Source: Eledone cirrhosa (lineage: Eukaryota). From it: a stretch of 64,000 nt of DNA. Below are positions 28,706 through 37,978 of this stretch, piece after piece. Position 1 is the first letter of the stretch, and every line of letters begins with the position of its first letter. The notes beneath the pieces are model-generated. The model saw only the letters and a program-made list of their open reading frames with translations, ran no database searches and had not been told where the DNA came from. The DNA is taken from contig OZ024742.1 in NCBI GenBank assembly GCA_964016885.1, forward strand, positions 236,654,001-236,718,000, written 5' to 3'. The position numbers were made by a program, and so were the translations under genes.

Positions 28706-29341
28706 AATAAGGGCGCTGCGGAGTTGCAAATGGGTTACATATGAAAAAAGTTTGTCCTTCATCAGTGATCTTCCAACCATCATAGGCATTTTATCGCTTT
28801 AAAAACCATATACCTCTGGTTGGTGCGAGCAACGGCTAAAATAAGTCGTTGGGACACGTAAATAAAGGGGACGCGTTGGTAAACAAACAAAATGGTGAAG
28901 CAACAGAAAGTGAGGAAGAAGGAAACAAGTCCCAAATTTCTATGAATTTGAAATCGTGAACGAGAGAATAAAGACCATCAAACCTGGTTGAAATGTGAGC
29001 AAGGAAGGAATTTCGCACAGGTCTAACGGGAGGAAGAAGGGATCTGGTCTGCGAATTCGGTAAACATAAGTTCTGTGAAATTGTAGACGAGAGAGAGAAA
29101 AAATTCCGACCAGCTTGGCCGAGCGTGCGAGAGAAAAGAATTACGCACAGGTCAAACGGGAAGAAAGAGGAGGAGGAGAGGTAGTGACAGAGAATGAGTG
29201 AGTGAAAGGTGAGGAAGAGGTTAACAGAGAGAGAGGCTGCTAGAAAGGGTAAAGATACATAGAACGAAAAAGACGTGTAGCAGCAGAGGAAAAAATATGT
29301 GTAAATATGATAATAAGGGCGCTGCGGAGATGCAAATGGGT

Positions 29342-29417
<76 letters not shown>

Positions 29418-29455
29418 ATATTAAAAAATGGAAACTATATTTATAAAACCATATT

Positions 29456-29520
29456 TATTTCATTATACATATTTCAAGGACACCAAAGCAAATTATGGTG
29501 CGCTTTCATCAGATAAAATA
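29456..29520 (-). ncRNA. Hammerhead motif, intact core
   Basis: tattttat-CTGATGA-aagcgcacca...tggtgtcctt-GAAA-tatgta-TA-atgaaata. Confidence 0.82.
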
Positions 29521-29631
29521 TAATATAGATCAGTTTTATAAACTAATATTGATATACCCTTAAAGAGTGCGACCATGTCGGTTGGAAGCTCCCGGATAGT
29601 ATAAACTGATTTAGAAAACTGATCTATATTA

Positions 29632-29695
29632 TATTTTATCTGATGTAAGCGCACCATAATTTGTTTGGTGTCCTTGAAATATGTATAATGAAATA
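29632..29695 (+). ncRNA. Core-mutated hammerhead copy (inverted partner of 29456)
   Basis: CTGATGT in place of CTGATGA; otherwise near-identical. Confidence 0.75.
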
Positions 29696-29825
29696 CATAT
29701 GGTTTTATAAATATAGTTTCCATTTGTTAATATATTGTATTTTTACTCCAATAATTTGTTGAGTGCTTTATATCAGTTATAAAAATATTTGCTTGTTGCA
29801 TTCCAACAAATTAAATATAACTTCT

Positions 29826-29870
<45 letters not shown>

Positions 29871-29907
29871 GAAGTTATATTTATATATATATATATATAT
29901 ATATATA

Positions 29908-30015
<108 letters not shown>

Positions 30016-30266
30016 TATATATTATATATGTATATATAAATATACTCACGTATATACGCATGCATGATATATCAAATAGCAATGCAATGAGCCACTATCA
30101 GTATTTTGCTGTCAAATCCTATTTTCTCTCAGACGTTAAACTCCAACAACACTTAACGTGTAATACTTACTTCCTTTTCACTTGAATTCTTCAATCACAC
30201 GCGCGTGTCCAACTTCTTATACTCCCTCTCCTCTTCATTCCCCCTTCTCTCCCTCTCTCCATCTGC

Positions 30267-30310
<44 letters not shown>

Positions 30311-30317
30311 TTATCTC

Positions 30318-30400
30318 TTATACCCTTTTTACTCGATTTTATGTAAACTCCCCCTTTGTATCTGTCCCTTCTTTTTATGCCTTTATGGTAAATAAAGAAA
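30318..30400 (+). mobile_element. 83-bp 5'-truncated copy of the same Tx1 3' end
   Basis: Matches 36178-36260 with about 3 mismatches and is flanked by (TCTA)n. Confidence 0.9.
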
Positions 30401-30424
30401 TCTATCTATCTATTTATCTCTGTG

Positions 30425-30461
<37 letters not shown>

Positions 30462-30696
30462 AATAATCTAGCTGTCGTCTGTTCTACAGTGTGGATGTCA
30501 TTCACTTCGCACAGAAGTTTTGTTCAAATTTATTGAGGAAATTTTGTGAGTTCAAACTTAATTTTGATACAATTGTGTAGCTTGACCCTCCGTCTGAACT
30601 GTCAGGCGGTGGGTCAGCTCATCTTTACCCCTCCTAGAGGTGAAAAACCTGTTTTAAAAAAAATTTTGTGTAAAAAATTTCAATCGTCTAACAGAA

Positions 30697-32574
30697 ATGT
30701 TAAACGCAGCGAACGAAAATAGTGGTGGGGGGACAGCGGTAAGAGTTGTAAGCTCGCACGCTTTAGTCCTCCCTTCCTTCCCAACTAACGTCATAGAGAA
30801 GGAAGGAAAAATGAAAATAAAAACGGACGAATCTGCGGAGAAAAAATTAAATGACGAAAACAACGAAAAAAAAAAATTTGAAAAATTGCATGACAATACT
30901 AATAACACAAACAAAGACACAACAAACAAAAAAATAACAGTTGAAAATAACATAATATCAGAAAACAAAGCAGACGACAAGATTTCATTTGCACAGAAAA
31001 CAAAGAAATCTTTGACTTATATAGCGGAAAACATTTCAGATGTGGTACGAAGGATCACGGACGCAAAACAATACATAAGTGAAGGTGAGAATGGTATTTT
31101 ATTGGTAAAAATGCCTCAAGAATTCACGAAAGACATTGAAAGCCGAACGGTCAAGTTTCGGACCATCAACAACAGTACAAAAAAACCTGAACAGCCTTCT
31201 CAAGCAGATATCAAAACAGTACTCGCAGAAGTACTGAATGAAACAACTTTCATAAGAAAAGACAGACTGTATGGAAGCCTAGCAATTACCATGAAGAACG
31301 AATCGGCGGCAAAAAAATGTGCTTTGTCACCGATTCGTTCGAAAAATTTCACCTTTTATCCATCTTATATGGGAAAAAAAACTCAACGCATATGGCTGGA
31401 TGCAATGATGCCAGATGTGGACTACTGCTGGCTCATAGCTGGCTTCATCGATCCAGTGAATGACAAAGTGATTTCCATTGGGAAAACCACAGGCAATGCG
31501 TTCAGTGGAACAGGTATAGAGCTGGTAGTACAAATGAAGCCTGAACGCATCGCCCAAATACCCGACAGAATCCTATTAGAGGACCACGGGTATATAAACA
31601 TTAGCGTGGAGGGGAGAAGGCCGTCCTGCCATATCTGTGCAGGCAGAGGGCACCTGAAGGCCGCTTGTCCCCAACTCAACAAAAAGAAAACCCTGCTACC
31701 AACACCAGCTCCACCACCACCACCACAACAGATAAACAAACAACAAAACTCAGTCCCACCCAACCCGTCCCTCAGTAACACCACAACACCACCACAACAC
31801 AAACAGTCACAACACATTACCCCAAAACAAAATACAGGCCCACCCAACCTCTCACTCAATAAAACAACACAACCACCGCAGACACAACACACAACACAGT
31901 CTAACATAGTGACATCCATCTCCCCCACAAAGAAAACCAACACGGAAACATTACCAGCAAACATACCTCTTCCCTCCAACACTGAAGATAACCCAACGAA
32001 TTCGGAGGAAGAAACGGAGTCCTTCAGACAGATTAAAAGGAAAAAAAGAAAACATGTGCAAAACACACAAGGACAAACAACCCCCACCCAAATCGCAACA
32101 CAATCTAACAAAACAGAAAACACCCCTCCAGCAACAAACAAAACCAAACCTGCCCCTCCCCTCTTCGAAACACTCACACCATCGGAAAAAAAGACATTAC
32201 ACTATACTTACATCAACAGAAACAATAATAAATTAAATGAACTCATATACAATAATCCTTCGGTACAAACCGAAGGTGTAAACTTTGTTTCGTCAGAAAA
32301 CCACCCACATTTAAAACTAATAAAAATCCCAATGAACCTCTACCAAAAACTAAAAAAGGATTTTAAGGAGGACGTAGGACCACCCTCTGTCAAACCCATA
32401 AACCGCGTCCTACTAAAAAGCTTTCCCCCTCCCCTTCCCCTCCCCAACACAACTCCAAACACCCCAACCCCACCACACACCGACGACCCCACACCACCAC
32501 AAGACACCCCTTCACCCAACACCCCCGACCCCATGGAAGTCGTGCAACCCGAACCCCGGGAAGCGGAAAGGTAG
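30697..32574 (+). CDS. Tx1 ORF1, gag-like nucleic-acid-binding protein
   Basis: 625-aa ORF with zinc knuckle CHICAGRGHLKAAC and a P/T/Q-rich tail, 33 bp upstream of ORF2. Confidence 0.88.
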   Translation: MLNAANENSGGGTAVRVVSSHALVLPSFPTNVIEKEGKMKIKTDESAEKKLNDENNEKKKFEKLHDNTNNTNKDTTNKKITVENNIISENKADDKISFAQKTKKSLTYIAENISDVVRRITDAKQYISEGENGILLVKMPQEFTKDIESRTVKFRTINNSTKKPEQPSQADIKTVLAEVLNETTFIRKDRLYGSLAITMKNESAAKKCALSPIRSKNFTFYPSYMGKKTQRIWLDAMMPDVDYCWLIAGFIDPVNDKVISIGKTTGNAFSGTGIELVVQMKPERIAQIPDRILLEDHGYINISVEGRRPSCHICAGRGHLKAACPQLNKKKTLLPTPAPPPPPQQINKQQNSVPPNPSLSNTTTPPQHKQSQHITPKQNTGPPNLSLNKTTQPPQTQHTTQSNIVTSISPTKKTNTETLPANIPLPSNTEDNPTNSEEETESFRQIKRKKRKHVQNTQGQTTPTQIATQSNKTENTPPATNKTKPAPPLFETLTPSEKKTLHYTYINRNNNKLNELIYNNPSVQTEGVNFVSSENHPHLKLIKIPMNLYQKLKKDFKEDVGPPSVKPINRVLLKSFPPPLPLPNTTPNTPTPPHTDDPTPPQDTPSPNTPDPMEVVQPEPREAER

Positions 32575-32607
32575 GTCTCTACACTCTCCTTTGGCTCTGC
32601 CGCCCAC

Positions 32608-35600
32608 ATGGATGTGTTAAGAGTAGGATGTTTGAATGCACGTGGCCTGGGCTCAACTTGGAAGCAAGCAAAGCTTCTAAATGACCTCAGGTCATGTAGT
32701 ATAAATGTAATGGTTATCTGTGAGACTCGAATCAGCGTCATGCGGCAGCTGGCCCCCACCTTCGATGACTTTGAGGTGCATGCATCTCTCTGTCAACCTG
32801 GAGGTGGGGGTGGGGTTGTCGTGCTGCTGCAAAAACACCTGGGTCTTGCCGTACAGGTTGTGCACTCGGACCCGGAGGGTCGTTTGTTGGTGCTAGACGT
32901 TGGCAGTAGTGAAAGTGCGGCCTTGAGACTGGTCGCCGTCTACTCCCCTTTCGGAGCTGAACGGCCCGACTTCTTCCAGCGTTTGGAGACTTTTCTGGGA
33001 ACGTCGCGTTCCCTGCTTCTAGCGGGGGATTGGAATGACATCCTGGATGCACGTTGGGACTATGCAGGAGCATGTCCTAATAGAGGGGGGTGTAACAGCC
33101 TCAAGGGGTTACTCGACCGTTTTAACTTGGTCGATAGATATCGACTAGATTTTCCAACTGTGCCTACCTGGACTTGGAGAAACCACAGTGGTCAATCTAG
33201 ATCGTACTTAGATAGATTCTTAGTTAGAAGTAAGGATAGGGACATATTAAGCTGTCCAGAAATGCGCACGGTTGGCTACACGGATCACAAATTAGTGACC
33301 TGCGTGGTCAATCTCGAGAAAACACATAGACAGGGTCCCGGTTACTGGAAACTTAATTTGTCTTTACCGGCAAAAGAGACTTACAGAAACCGGATTAGCA
33401 GATTAGTTAAGGAGAGGTTGACGGGTGCAATCGTCAACAACCGATGGTGGGCATCTCTCAAAAGAGAGATTAGAACAGAATCAATAAGTTATAGCAAGAT
33501 GTTAGCTGCCAATAGGAATAGAAACGAGAAAGAATTAACAGGTAAATTAGAAGAGGCAATCAAGAGCGAAGATGTGGCCAGAGTGCTGGCATCGAGGACG
33601 GCCTTGAACCAGTTTTTCGATGCAAAGCATGAAGGCTGCGTCATTCGAAGTAAAATACGTGCTCTAGGTAATGAGGGGGCCAAAGCCGTTGGATGGGCCC
33701 GCGTGACAGAAGCTAAAAGTGGAAATCGATCCACCATCCGGTCGTTGCAAGACGAAGATGGACGAGTGATCCGGGAGCCTAAGCAGATGTGCGAGGCCTT
33801 TCAAAAGCACTTTGCCCGATTGTTCGGGGGAGGCGAGGGTCCGGGACGGGGCGTGGATTTCGGTCCATACCTCGACGGCCTGCCGCGTCTCTCGAACAAA
33901 GAGGCAGAGTCCTGCGAGGGACCAATCTCGGCTGATGAGATCGGAGATGCGCTGAGCCAATGCAGCAGACGCAAATCTCCAGGTCTCGATGGTATACCTT
34001 ACGAACTTTATTTAGCAATGCCGGTCTTCTTCTCCGAACTCCTCGAAGCGGTCTACTGCAATTGGCAGCAGAACGGGAGAATTCCTTGTTCTGTAGCCAA
34101 GGGCGTAGTCACGCTGGTGAGGAAGGACGAGAAAAAGGGGGATAGTATAAATAATTTTCGGCCCATAACCCTGCTAAACACAGAGTTAAAGATTTTGGCC
34201 AAGGTGTTAGCAAAGAGGTTGGCGCTTGTCGTGGGTGGCCTGGTGGGAGATGCGCAGACATGTGCTATCCCATCCAGGTCCATTCACGATAACCTCCACC
34301 TCATGCGATACATCATAGAGAGGGTTGGCAACAAACCCGGCTTCGGTGGGGCCCTGATCAACTTGGATCAGTCTAAGGCCTTCGATAGGGTCGACCATGG
34401 TTACCTGGATGCGGTGCTAGCGGCGGCTGGGTTCGGTCCTGTTTTCAGAGGCTGGATCACTGCCCTACATAGCAACCACATCTGTTCTAGGATCAAGGTG
34501 AACGGCTACCTTTCGAAGCCGTTCGAAATCACACGATCCATTCGACAGGGGTGCCCTCTCTCCTCCCTTCTGTACGTATTGACTCTCGAGCCTTTACTGA
34601 GGAAGTTGGAGTTGTTGCAGGGTATCCCCCTGGAACCAGGATTGAGCAAAGCGGTGTCGGCCTACGCCGATGACGTAACAGTAATGGTATCAACCGACTC
34701 GGAGATCGAGGCGATCGGTACCTTACTGGAGGAGTACGAAAGGTTGTCAGGAGCGAAACTGAACCGGGAAAAATCCATCGGGCTGCAACTCGGAACGTGG
34801 AGAGGCAAACCGATGCCTCCTGACGGTGTCGTCGGACACTGGACGGAGGGCCCGGTAAAGTTGCTTGGGGTCTGGTTTGGACCGGACCTCCAGGTGGAAA
34901 AGAACTGGAACGAGGTTACGAACAAGGTGTTTGCACTAACCCAGAAATGGGCCAAGTGTAAGCTGTCCCTAAAAGGCCGGGCGGAGGTGGCGAACATTTA
35001 CATAGCGTCCGTCACTTACTACCGCCTGACTGTCGTGCCTTGCCCTAAGGAAACACTCACCACCATGGAACGCATGCTCTTCCAATTTCTTTGGAAGAAG
35101 CGTCCTCCTATGGTGAGAAGATCCATCTGCTGCCAACAACCTTCGAAAGGAGGGCTGGGGATGCCGTGGTTGATGATGCGTAGGCACGCATTAAGGCTAC
35201 GGCACCTACAGGTATTCCTCACTGGTCAACCGGTGTGGGCTCCGTTCGTGAAACGAGCCTTTCCGAGACTCGTCTCACTCACCGAGCTACAGTCCTGGGT
35301 CAAGCAAAGATCCGGAAAACTGGGAGACTGGCACACTGAGTGTGCTCAGGCGCTCAGGGCTCTCTGGCAAGCGGGCCGGGCCATCGGTGGAGAATCCACC
35401 TCATCATTCTATAGAGGGCTGGTGGCTAGCAGGGGCGATGACACCCTTGGAGAGTCGCTGGACATGGAAGAAGACGAACTGGCCAGCCTGTTCGGTAGGA
35501 CTTTCGGCCCAGGACCAATGGACAACTTCCAGAAGTCACTGGCCTGGCAGTGCTACCGAGGGGCTCTACCCGTTCGAGAGAGGCTCTACAGACACGGGCG

Positions 35601-36045
35601 CCCGGGCAGGGATCCCTCAAAAAAGATTTGCCCTAGATGCGTGCGTCACGAAGAAACCGTAGCGCACGCATTGGTGCAATGTCCGGGCGTGGCTGATCTG
35701 TGGGGCTACGCCGAACAACTGCTGTCGCGGGTGGCGCCGATTAAATTGACCGCCGAGTCCGTGATGACAATCAAACCGCCTCCCCTCTTCACAAAGGAAG
35801 CAAAGGCGGTTTTTCTGTGCGTAATAGCCATGTTGAAAGAGGTTGTTTGGTGGACACGATTGAAAGGTCTGAGGTCAGGCAACTTCCTCTCTGGCCATAG
35901 TCTGGTCTACTTCTTCCGATATCACTTCGGAAGAAGGATAAGAATGGAGAGAGAGGTGCTTGGCCACAGGCAGTTTTATGAAAGGTGGGTGATAGTGGCG
36001 AGAATGGCTCGTGTAAATGGGCCTTCTCTGTATACCATCCTGTAG
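32608..36045 (+). CDS. Tx1 ORF2: APE endonuclease, reverse transcriptase and C-terminal Zn finger
   Basis: 1145 aa. APE motifs LNARG, GDWND, SYLDRFLV, TDH; RT motifs KSPGLDG, FRPITLLN, DQSKAFDRVDH, RQGCPLS, YADD; CPRC...H...C; GPGYWKLN typical of Tx1/L1. Confidence 0.96.
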   Translation: MDVLRVGCLNARGLGSTWKQAKLLNDLRSCSINVMVICETRISVMRQLAPTFDDFEVHASLCQPGGGGGVVVLLQKHLGLAVQVVHSDPEGRLLVLDVGSSESAALRLVAVYSPFGAERPDFFQRLETFLGTSRSLLLAGDWNDILDARWDYAGACPNRGGCNSLKGLLDRFNLVDRYRLDFPTVPTWTWRNHSGQSRSYLDRFLVRSKDRDILSCPEMRTVGYTDHKLVTCVVNLEKTHRQGPGYWKLNLSLPAKETYRNRISRLVKERLTGAIVNNRWWASLKREIRTESISYSKMLAANRNRNEKELTGKLEEAIKSEDVARVLASRTALNQFFDAKHEGCVIRSKIRALGNEGAKAVGWARVTEAKSGNRSTIRSLQDEDGRVIREPKQMCEAFQKHFARLFGGGEGPGRGVDFGPYLDGLPRLSNKEAESCEGPISADEIGDALSQCSRRKSPGLDGIPYELYLAMPVFFSELLEAVYCNWQQNGRIPCSVAKGVVTLVRKDEKKGDSINNFRPITLLNTELKILAKVLAKRLALVVGGLVGDAQTCAIPSRSIHDNLHLMRYIIERVGNKPGFGGALINLDQSKAFDRVDHGYLDAVLAAAGFGPVFRGWITALHSNHICSRIKVNGYLSKPFEITRSIRQGCPLSSLLYVLTLEPLLRKLELLQGIPLEPGLSKAVSAYADDVTVMVSTDSEIEAIGTLLEEYERLSGAKLNREKSIGLQLGTWRGKPMPPDGVVGHWTEGPVKLLGVWFGPDLQVEKNWNEVTNKVFALTQKWAKCKLSLKGRAEVANIYIASVTYYRLTVVPCPKETLTTMERMLFQFLWKKRPPMVRRSICCQQPSKGGLGMPWLMMRRHALRLRHLQVFLTGQPVWAPFVKRAFPRLVSLTELQSWVKQRSGKLGDWHTECAQALRALWQAGRAIGGESTSSFYRGLVASRGDDTLGESLDMEEDELASLFGRTFGPGPMDNFQKSLAWQCYRGALPVRERLYRHGRPGRDPSKKICPRCVRHEETVAHALVQCPGVADLWGYAEQLLSRVAPIKLTAESVMTIKPPPLFTKEAKAVFLCVIAMLKEVVWWTRLKGLRSGNFLSGHSLVYFFRYHFGRRIRMEREVLGHRQFYERWVIVARMARVNGPSLYTIL

Positions 36046-36259
36046 GTAAAGAAGTAAAGGAGAGGGGAGCACCTTCTCCATGTGCTCCCCGGGCAAAGGA
36101 TTGCACACTTTTTCGGGGGTGTGTGCAACCCCCATCACGTCCCCTCCCTTTTGAGGTTATTTTCGATTATTTTCATGTTACACCCTTTTTACTCGATTAT
36201 ATGTAAACTCCCCCTTTGTATTTGTCCCTTCTTTTTATGCCTTTATGGTAAATAAAGAA

Positions 36260-36306
<47 letters not shown>

Positions 36307-36327
36307 CTTCTACCTATCTATCTATCT

Positions 36328-36510
36328 GGTTTGGCAGTATCGGTAGAGCGTCAGACGCCATGCTTTGTAGCATAGAGTTATGGCCATTTACGTTCTGAGT
36401 TAAAATCCGCCGTGGTTAACTTTGTCTTACGTCCTGGCGGGGTCGATAAAATAAAGTACCAGTAATGCACTGAGGAAATCGCTGGCCTTGTGCTAAAAGT
36501 AGAAACTGCA
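36328..36510 (+). mobile_element. SINE family A copy
   Basis: Diverged full-length copy directly after the Tx1 (TCTA)n tail. Confidence 0.8.
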
Positions 36511-36954
36511 ATAAAAAAATCTATCTATCTATCTGTCTGTCTGGCTGTCTGTCTGTCTGTCTGTCTGTCTATGTGTGTGTGCGTGCGTGTACGCGTCTCT
36601 GTCTCTCTCCCGCTCGCTCTCTCTTTCTTTCTTCGGTTCTTTTTTCAATCTCTACCACTTCTCACCGTCATATCAAACCATTAAGAAAATACCAATACAC
36701 AGCATAAACATTAAAAAATCTCTATATCAATGCGAGTATGTGTCTTAGTCACTCGTATTTACCCGAGCACTTTTTTTTTGCAAGTCTTGTACTTATTTTA
36801 TCGGCCTCTTTTTATCGCGTCGCTAAATCTCGGGACATAAACAGTAGATAATGATGATATGTATGTATGTACGTATGTATATATGTATGTATGTACGTAT
36901 GTATGTATGTATGTATGTATGTATGTATGTATGTATGTATGTATGTATGTATGT

Positions 36955-37270
36955 AGGGGCGTGGCTTTGTGGTTAAGTTATTCGGCTCACAAAGTCTTGA
37001 GTTCGATTCCCGGTGGCGCATTATGTCCTTGAGCAAGACACTTTATTTCACGTTACTCTAGTCTACTTAGCTGACAAAAATGAATTGTACTTGTAATTCA
37101 AAGGACCAGCCTTGTCACGTTCGGTGTCACACTGAATCTCCCTGAGAACTACATTAAGGGTAGACGTGTTTGTGGAATGCTCAGCCACTTGCACGTTAAT
37201 TTCATGAGCAGGTTGTTATGTTGATCGGATCAATTGGAACACTCGTTGTCGTAACCGACGGAGTGCCTTC
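36955..37270 (+). mobile_element. tRNA-derived CORE-type SINE (family B)
   Basis: GTGGCT..GTGGTTAAG, GAGTTCGATTCCC and TGTCCTTGAGCAAGACACTT. Related copies at about 26577-26680 (+), 27150-27410 (-), 40945-41240 (+) and 44764-44990 (+). Confidence 0.78.
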
Positions 37271-37337
37271 ATGTATGTATAATGTAATTGTACGATGTGA
37301 TCCGGACAATATTCTAAATTTTATTTAGTACTTAGTA

Positions 37338-37607
37338 CTAGACCACTCGTGACCCGTTGGGTCACGTTCACTTCAAAATATATTTTTAAAATCATGTTCA
37401 CTTAAAACTAGTTTTTAAATAATTAAAATGTACACAGACTTGTATATAATGTGAAATGGAACTGGAAGGCCCATATATATATATATACGTGTGAGTATGT
37501 ATATATATAAATGTGTGTGTGTGTATACATATATATGTGTTTGGGTGTATATATAGATATAGATATTTATATATATATGTGGGTGTCTGTATACACTGGT
37601 CATAGAC

Positions 37608-37662
<55 letters not shown>

Positions 37663-37978
37663 ACACCACCACTAGCTCTCTCTGTCTCTTCCATTCTCCT
37701 TCTCTGTCTCCTCTCCCTCTCTCTATGCCTCTCTTTCAATCTACTCTCTCGCAACCACTATCTCTTCCTCTCTATCTTTCTCTCTCTGTTTATGAAGGTA
37801 CCCGGAAAACCCCCATATCTCGGGAACCCGTGGTTCGATTTACGCGAAATTTGTTTTATTCCATTTGTATTCCCATTTCAGGGTCAACTTCCTTTCAACG
37901 TATTTTCCCATTATGTGTTCATTTGGCTGTATTACATTACAGACAAGCAAGCAATCACAGTATTTAGTATTATATAGA
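37338..37978 (-). mobile_element. Non-autonomous Helitron
   Basis: Minus strand begins TCTATATAATACTAAA and ends with hairpin CGTGACCC-AAC-GGGTCACG then CTAG, inserted between A and T, with internal microsatellites. Confidence 0.8.

Larger units (their letters stand above)
30471..36260 (+). mobile_element. Full-length Tx1-clade (L1 group) non-LTR retrotransposon within (TCTA)n
   Basis: Two uninterrupted ORFs, ~225-bp 5' UTR, 3' end AAATAAAGAAA followed by (TCTA)n, and (TCTA)n also upstream. The 5' boundary is approximate. Confidence 0.92.

Noticed and set aside
31327-36206. Antisense and alternate-frame ORFs over Tx1
   Set aside because: Shadow frames of GC-rich or low-complexity coding sequence with no motifs.
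30318-36260. LTR retrotransposon interpretation from the 83-bp direct repeat flanking Tx1
   Set aside because: APE-RT ORF2 with no integrase, protease or TG..CA ends; the repeat is a separate truncated insertion.
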